This document shows, piece after piece, positions 16,734 to 20,000 of a DNA stretch of 20,000 nucleotides. Position 1 is the stretch's first letter. Each line of letters opens with the position of its first letter. A program made the position numbers and the translations under genes. Below the pieces are notes generated by a model. It was not told the origin of the DNA. It did no database searches and was given only the letters and a program-made list of their open reading frames with translations. The DNA comes from Lentisphaeria bacterium (GTDB lineage: Bacteria > Verrucomicrobiota > Lentisphaeria > JABSQK01 > JAWLHB01). The stretch covers positions 53,256 to 73,255 of the forward strand of contig JAWLHB010000043.1 in assembly GCA_041690595.1 (NCBI GenBank). Reading direction: 5' to 3'.

Positions 16734-17450
16734 CTATTCGGAGGTGGGAGTGAGACTTTCCGCGGGTATGCGGCGGGTCATGACCTTCATCGCCTGCCCC
16801 CGCCCGATGGCGATATGGCTGCCGCGCACCTCAATGGCGACCGGCCCGTCATTGCGAGTGACCTGTACCCGGCTGCCGCGCACCAGCCCAAGATCCAGCA
16901 ACCGCTGCTTGAACTCCTGCCCGCCAAGCACTTCCGTGATCTCCACGACCTCGCCCGCCATGCAACTGGCCAGCAGTCGCGATGCAGGTATCGCATCCGC
17001 GCAAGCAGCGCAGATGCCACGGATGACCAGCGTGTGCATGAGCGGCTGAAAACCTAGGCGACGACAGGATTCGAACTGCTCATCCTCGATAATCTGACTG
17101 GTAAACTCCTCGATCTTGCCGCACCGCATGCAGAGCAGATGGTCGTGGTGCTCGCCAGGGTGCAGATGCTCATAGACCGTCCGCTCATCCAGCTTCAGCT
17201 TGCGCGCGATCCCCAGGTCGGTCAGCAACCGCAACGTCCGGCGAATGTGCGATACATCGATCTCCGGATGCTTCCCTTGCACCAGAGCCCGCAGATCCTC
17301 CACCGCTACATGCTCCTCGATCCCAAAAAACGTGTCGGCGATAACCCGGTCTTCAGGCAACATTTCCTGATTCAGCTCTTCCATTAACTGGTTAAGCTGC
17401 CTGCGCAACGAGCGGTTTTTGGGGTCGTCCTGCAAGGTGCTCATGGACAT
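16734..17450 (-). CDS. Fur-family metalloregulator fused to a C-terminal FeoA domain (~238 aa)
   Basis: This is the C-terminal part of the 1011-aa ORF-track entry. HVAVEDL...RRTLRLL (winged helix), HHDHLLCMRCG and GICAAC (Fur metal sites) are followed in frame by KQRLLDLGLVRG...RGSHIAIGRGQAMKV (FeoA). Start at 17450 or 17444. Confidence 0.88.
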   Translation of the reverse strand: MSMSTLQDDPKNRSLRRQLNQLMEELNQEMLPEDRVIADTFFGIEEHVAVEDLRALVQGKHPEIDVSHIRRTLRLLTDLGIARKLKLDERTVYEHLHPGEHHDHLLCMRCGKIEEFTSQIIEDEQFESCRRLGFQPLMHTLVIRGICAACADAIPASRLLASCMAGEVVEITEVLGGQEFKQRLLDLGLVRGSRVQVTRNDGPVAIEVRGSHIAIGRGQAMKVMTRRIPAESLTPTSE

Positions 17451-17511
17451 TCGATAGCCGGCCTGAACTACCCTCGGGCCAGAGGATGGAAAGATGATGG
17501 TGGCACGCGCC

Positions 17512-17526
17512 ATGTAATGATTGGCA
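17512..17526 (-). promoter_or_regulatory. Possible Fur-box-like operator upstream of the feo operon
   Basis: TGCCAATCATTACAT matches 9 of the 14 specified positions of the 7-1-7 consensus TGATAATnATTATCA. It lies in an AT-rich patch about 60 nt upstream of the start. Confidence 0.3.
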
Positions 17527-17675
17527 TATAAACCATACGTGGCGACCACCTCGTCTGCAAGTGCATCTCGATGTTTTTGCCCAGGGATCGTTGTATGCGC
17601 ATGCAAAGTCTCCGCGGCTGGATATAGTAGCCGCAGTCCATTCCTGCCAATGCTCACGTGCAAAAGGAACTTACC

Positions 17676-18536
17676 ATGATTATCGGCATCATCGGCTCGG
17701 AAAACAGCCACACCGCTGCCATCGCCACCTGTATCAATGTCGACAAGGATATTGAAGGCTTCTCCGTCGATTACGTCTGGGGAGAAAGCCGCGAATTCGC
17801 GGAAGCCGCCGCCCAGAAAGGCCAGATACCCAACATCGTCGAGCAGACCACCGACATGCTGGGCAAGATCGACGCCCTCATCGTCGATCACCGGCACGCC
17901 AGATACCACCTCCCCGCCGCCCTCCCCTTCATCGAAGCCGGCATCCCCAGCTTCATCGACAAGCCATTCTGCTACCGCTCCTCCGAAGGTCGGGCCTTCC
18001 TCGCCGCCGCCCGCAAGGCCGGCACCCCCGTCACCTCCTTCAGCGTCGTCCCCCACCAGCAGAGCTTCGTCAACTTCACCGCCCAACTGGCGGACCTCGG
18101 CGACATCAAAGCCTTCACCAGCTACGGCCCCAGCGATCTCGAAAGCCCCTATGGCGGCATCTTCTTCTACGGCATCCATCAGGTCGAATACGTCCTCCAG
18201 GCCTGCGGCTACGATGTCGACTCCGCACTCCTCACCCGCCACGGCGACAATGGCACCGCCCAACTTTTCTATGCCAACGGCACCGTTGCCACCCTCAACC
18301 TCATCAAGGCCGGCTGCCCCGGCTTCCACGCCCATGCGCTCGCCGAAAAGGGACACCTCGCTCAGAAGTTCGACTTCGATCCCAAGCCCTACCTCGGCGG
18401 CGTCAAGACCTTCTGCGAAATGTTCCGCTCCGGCAACGAGCCCCTCACCCACGAGAAGATCCTGAAACCCGTCCTCGTTCTGGAAGCGCTCGAGCGCTCC
18501 CTGAGCAGCAGCCGAAAAGAAATCGTCGGCAACTGA
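17676..18536 (+). CDS. Gfo/Idh/MocA family NAD(P)-dependent oxidoreductase
   Basis: MIIGIIGSENSH Rossmann start, FIDKPF (EKP-type motif) and FYGIHQVE. AAAGGA RBS. Confidence 0.88.
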   Translation: MIIGIIGSENSHTAAIATCINVDKDIEGFSVDYVWGESREFAEAAAQKGQIPNIVEQTTDMLGKIDALIVDHRHARYHLPAALPFIEAGIPSFIDKPFCYRSSEGRAFLAAARKAGTPVTSFSVVPHQQSFVNFTAQLADLGDIKAFTSYGPSDLESPYGGIFFYGIHQVEYVLQACGYDVDSALLTRHGDNGTAQLFYANGTVATLNLIKAGCPGFHAHALAEKGHLAQKFDFDPKPYLGGVKTFCEMFRSGNEPLTHEKILKPVLVLEALERSLSSSRKEIVGN

Positions 18537-18611
18537 TATCCGTACACCAACGTTGAAACGACCAGCGCGGCGCCACCTCCACGTGGCCCGCCATCCACGG
18601 AGAGAAGTCAG

Positions 18612-19685
18612 ATGGAGCCCCGCGAACGCTTTCAGAGATTCATGCGCTATCAGCCCGTCGATCGCCCACCCTTTCTCCTGCCGGGCGGCCCATGGCCGAG
18701 CACCCTCAAGCGCTGGCAGCAGGAAGGACTCCCCGTCGGCGTCAACCTCCGAGAGTATTTCGGCGCCGACAATCATCAGGTCCGCCACATCGGCATTGAG
18801 ACCCAGCTCCATCCTCCCTTCGACGAGATCATCATCGAGAAGACCCCCGACTTCGTCATCAAGTACGACCGGCACGGCGTCAAGGTCCGCAACTTCCATG
18901 ATGAAACCTCGATGGCCGAGCATCTCGAGTACCCCGTCAAAGGGCCCGACTCCATCTCCTGGCTGCGCGAAAAGCTCTCCTGGGAGAGCGACGGCCGCAT
19001 CCAGCCACACTGGATCGACGAGGCACACCAGCGCGACCGCGACGGCATCATGAACATGTGCAATGGCGGCACCTACTTTGCCTTCCTCAACGAGCACATG
19101 GGCACCGACACCCTCATGCTCGCCTATTTCGATTCCCCCGATTTCATCCATCAGGTCAACGACCTCCTCTGCACCCTCTGCGAAAATGCCCTCCGCATGG
19201 CACTCCCGCAGGTTCCCCTGCATGTCATCGGTTACCATGAAGACATGGCCTACAAGAACGGCCCGCTCATCTCTCCCGCCATGTTCCGCGAGTTCATGAC
19301 CCCCTACTATCGGCGCATTCAACGCCTCACCGGCCCCGCCGGCATCGACTTGCAGATCATGGACAGCGACGGCGACATACGCCAGCTCATCCCCCTCTGG
19401 CTCGAGGTCGGCATCAACATCATGACCCCCCTCGAAGTCGCCGCCGGCATGGATGTCGTCGCCCTCCGCGCCGAGTACGGCCATCACCTCGGCATGATGG
19501 GTGGCTTCGACAAGCGCATCCTCGCCTCCGACAAGCCCAGCATCAAGGCCGAAGTCGAACGCATCCGGCCCGTCATCGAAGAAGGCGGTTTCATCCCCGC
19601 CTGCGATCACGGCATTCCACATGATGTCCCCTTCGCCAACTTCGTCTACCTCGTCGATTGCCTCAAGACCATCTACGGCATCTGA
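18612..19685 (+). CDS. Uroporphyrinogen decarboxylase-like / MtaA-CmuA superfamily protein (probably not HemE)
   Basis: MEPRERF...PVDRPPF, EDMAYKNGPLISPAMFREF, DSDG, GGFDKR and GGFIPACDHGIP. Lacks the HemE WxMRQAGR signature. Confidence 0.85.
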   Translation: MEPRERFQRFMRYQPVDRPPFLLPGGPWPSTLKRWQQEGLPVGVNLREYFGADNHQVRHIGIETQLHPPFDEIIIEKTPDFVIKYDRHGVKVRNFHDETSMAEHLEYPVKGPDSISWLREKLSWESDGRIQPHWIDEAHQRDRDGIMNMCNGGTYFAFLNEHMGTDTLMLAYFDSPDFIHQVNDLLCTLCENALRMALPQVPLHVIGYHEDMAYKNGPLISPAMFREFMTPYYRRIQRLTGPAGIDLQIMDSDGDIRQLIPLWLEVGINIMTPLEVAAGMDVVALRAEYGHHLGMMGGFDKRILASDKPSIKAEVERIRPVIEEGGFIPACDHGIPHDVPFANFVYLVDCLKTIYGI

Positions 19686-19703
19686 TCGCGCCGCCTCCTC
19701 GCC

Positions 19704-19746
19704 ATGGGTTCCTCCTCTGTCAGTCGCTGCCACCGGAGGAACCCAT
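19704..19746. terminator. Strong stem-loop downstream of the URO-D-family gene
   Basis: Perfect 12-bp inverted repeat ATGGGTTCCTCC(19704-19715)/GGAGGAACCCAT(19735-19746). No clear U-tract. Confidence 0.5.
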
Positions 19747-19855
19747 TGCCATTGCCTTGTCCGCAACATGGCCCATGCAGAGTGGGAGTCTCTTCATAAG
19801 TTCAAATCCATGCCGACTACTGTATTGCGCTCAACCTGGGCGCCGGCCTCCCGAC

Positions 19856-19993
19856 GGAGGGGTTCTCAATATGGGAGGGGTTCTCCGAACCGCGACTAGA
19901 TCCATCGCCATCTCCCCGCGTGCTTTCAATACCACTGCCGTTAGCCTCCACATGCCCGACAACGTGGGAGGGGTTCTCCGAACCGCGACTAGA
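19856..19993 (+). repeat. REP-like repeats: two exact 29-bp direct copies plus a partial copy
   Basis: TGGGAGGGGTTCTCCGAACCGCGACTAGA at 19872-19900 and 19965-19993; partial GGAGGGGTTCTC at 19856-19867. Internal palindrome GGTTC-TCC-GAACC. Confidence 0.75.
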
Positions 19994-20000
19994 GCCGTCG

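Noticed and set aside
2943..17450. A single iron/2-oxoglutarate super-cluster (CDF, Fe/2OG dioxygenase, sucAB, feo)
   Set aside because: The genes lie in separate, differently oriented units with no shared operator seen; adjacency is probably coincidental.
17451..19769. N-terminal ~770 aa of the 1011-aa minus-strand ORF
   Set aside because: Antisense to the Gfo and URO-D genes; only 16734-17450 (Fur-FeoA) looks like real protein.
19795..19815. tRNA T-loop-like GTTCAAATCC
   Set aside because: The flanks do not form a T-stem and no cloverleaf can be built.
19872..19993. CRISPR array
   Set aside because: Only two full copies, a 64-nt spacer (too long for typical arrays), no cas genes, and REP-like architecture. 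Cannot be fully excluded at the window edge.

Overview
GC-rich bacterial chromosomal window. The gene mix (two cytoplasmic sulfatases, a GH29 fucosidase, Gfo/Idh/MocA and URO-D-family genes) suggests a polysaccharide degrader, possibly PVC-group; this taxonomy is a guess. Left to right: a minus-strand cluster of CDF metal exporter, alpha-L-fucosidase, sulfatase and a truncated PfkB/HldE-like kinase; a G-rich intergenic region with a ~50 bp direct repeat and an orphan ORF; a second sulfatase divergent from a PhyH-family dioxygenase; a stand-alone Upf1/DNA2-like SF1 helicase with an unrecognised N-terminal region; sucA-sucB; a minus-strand feo operon (Fur-FeoA fusion, feoA, feoB split by a 1-nt frameshift in a G-run, small Cys-rich membrane protein); a Gfo/Idh/MocA oxidoreductase with a URO-D-family gene; and REP-like repeats at the right edge. 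Most notable are the Fur-FeoA fusion heading a feo operon with a homopolymer-frameshifted feoB, the helicase with a candidate sliding-clamp motif (QLMLPL), and an orientation-independent G-to-C strand-skew inversion mid-window. No CRISPR array, tRNA, rRNA or transposase is supportable.
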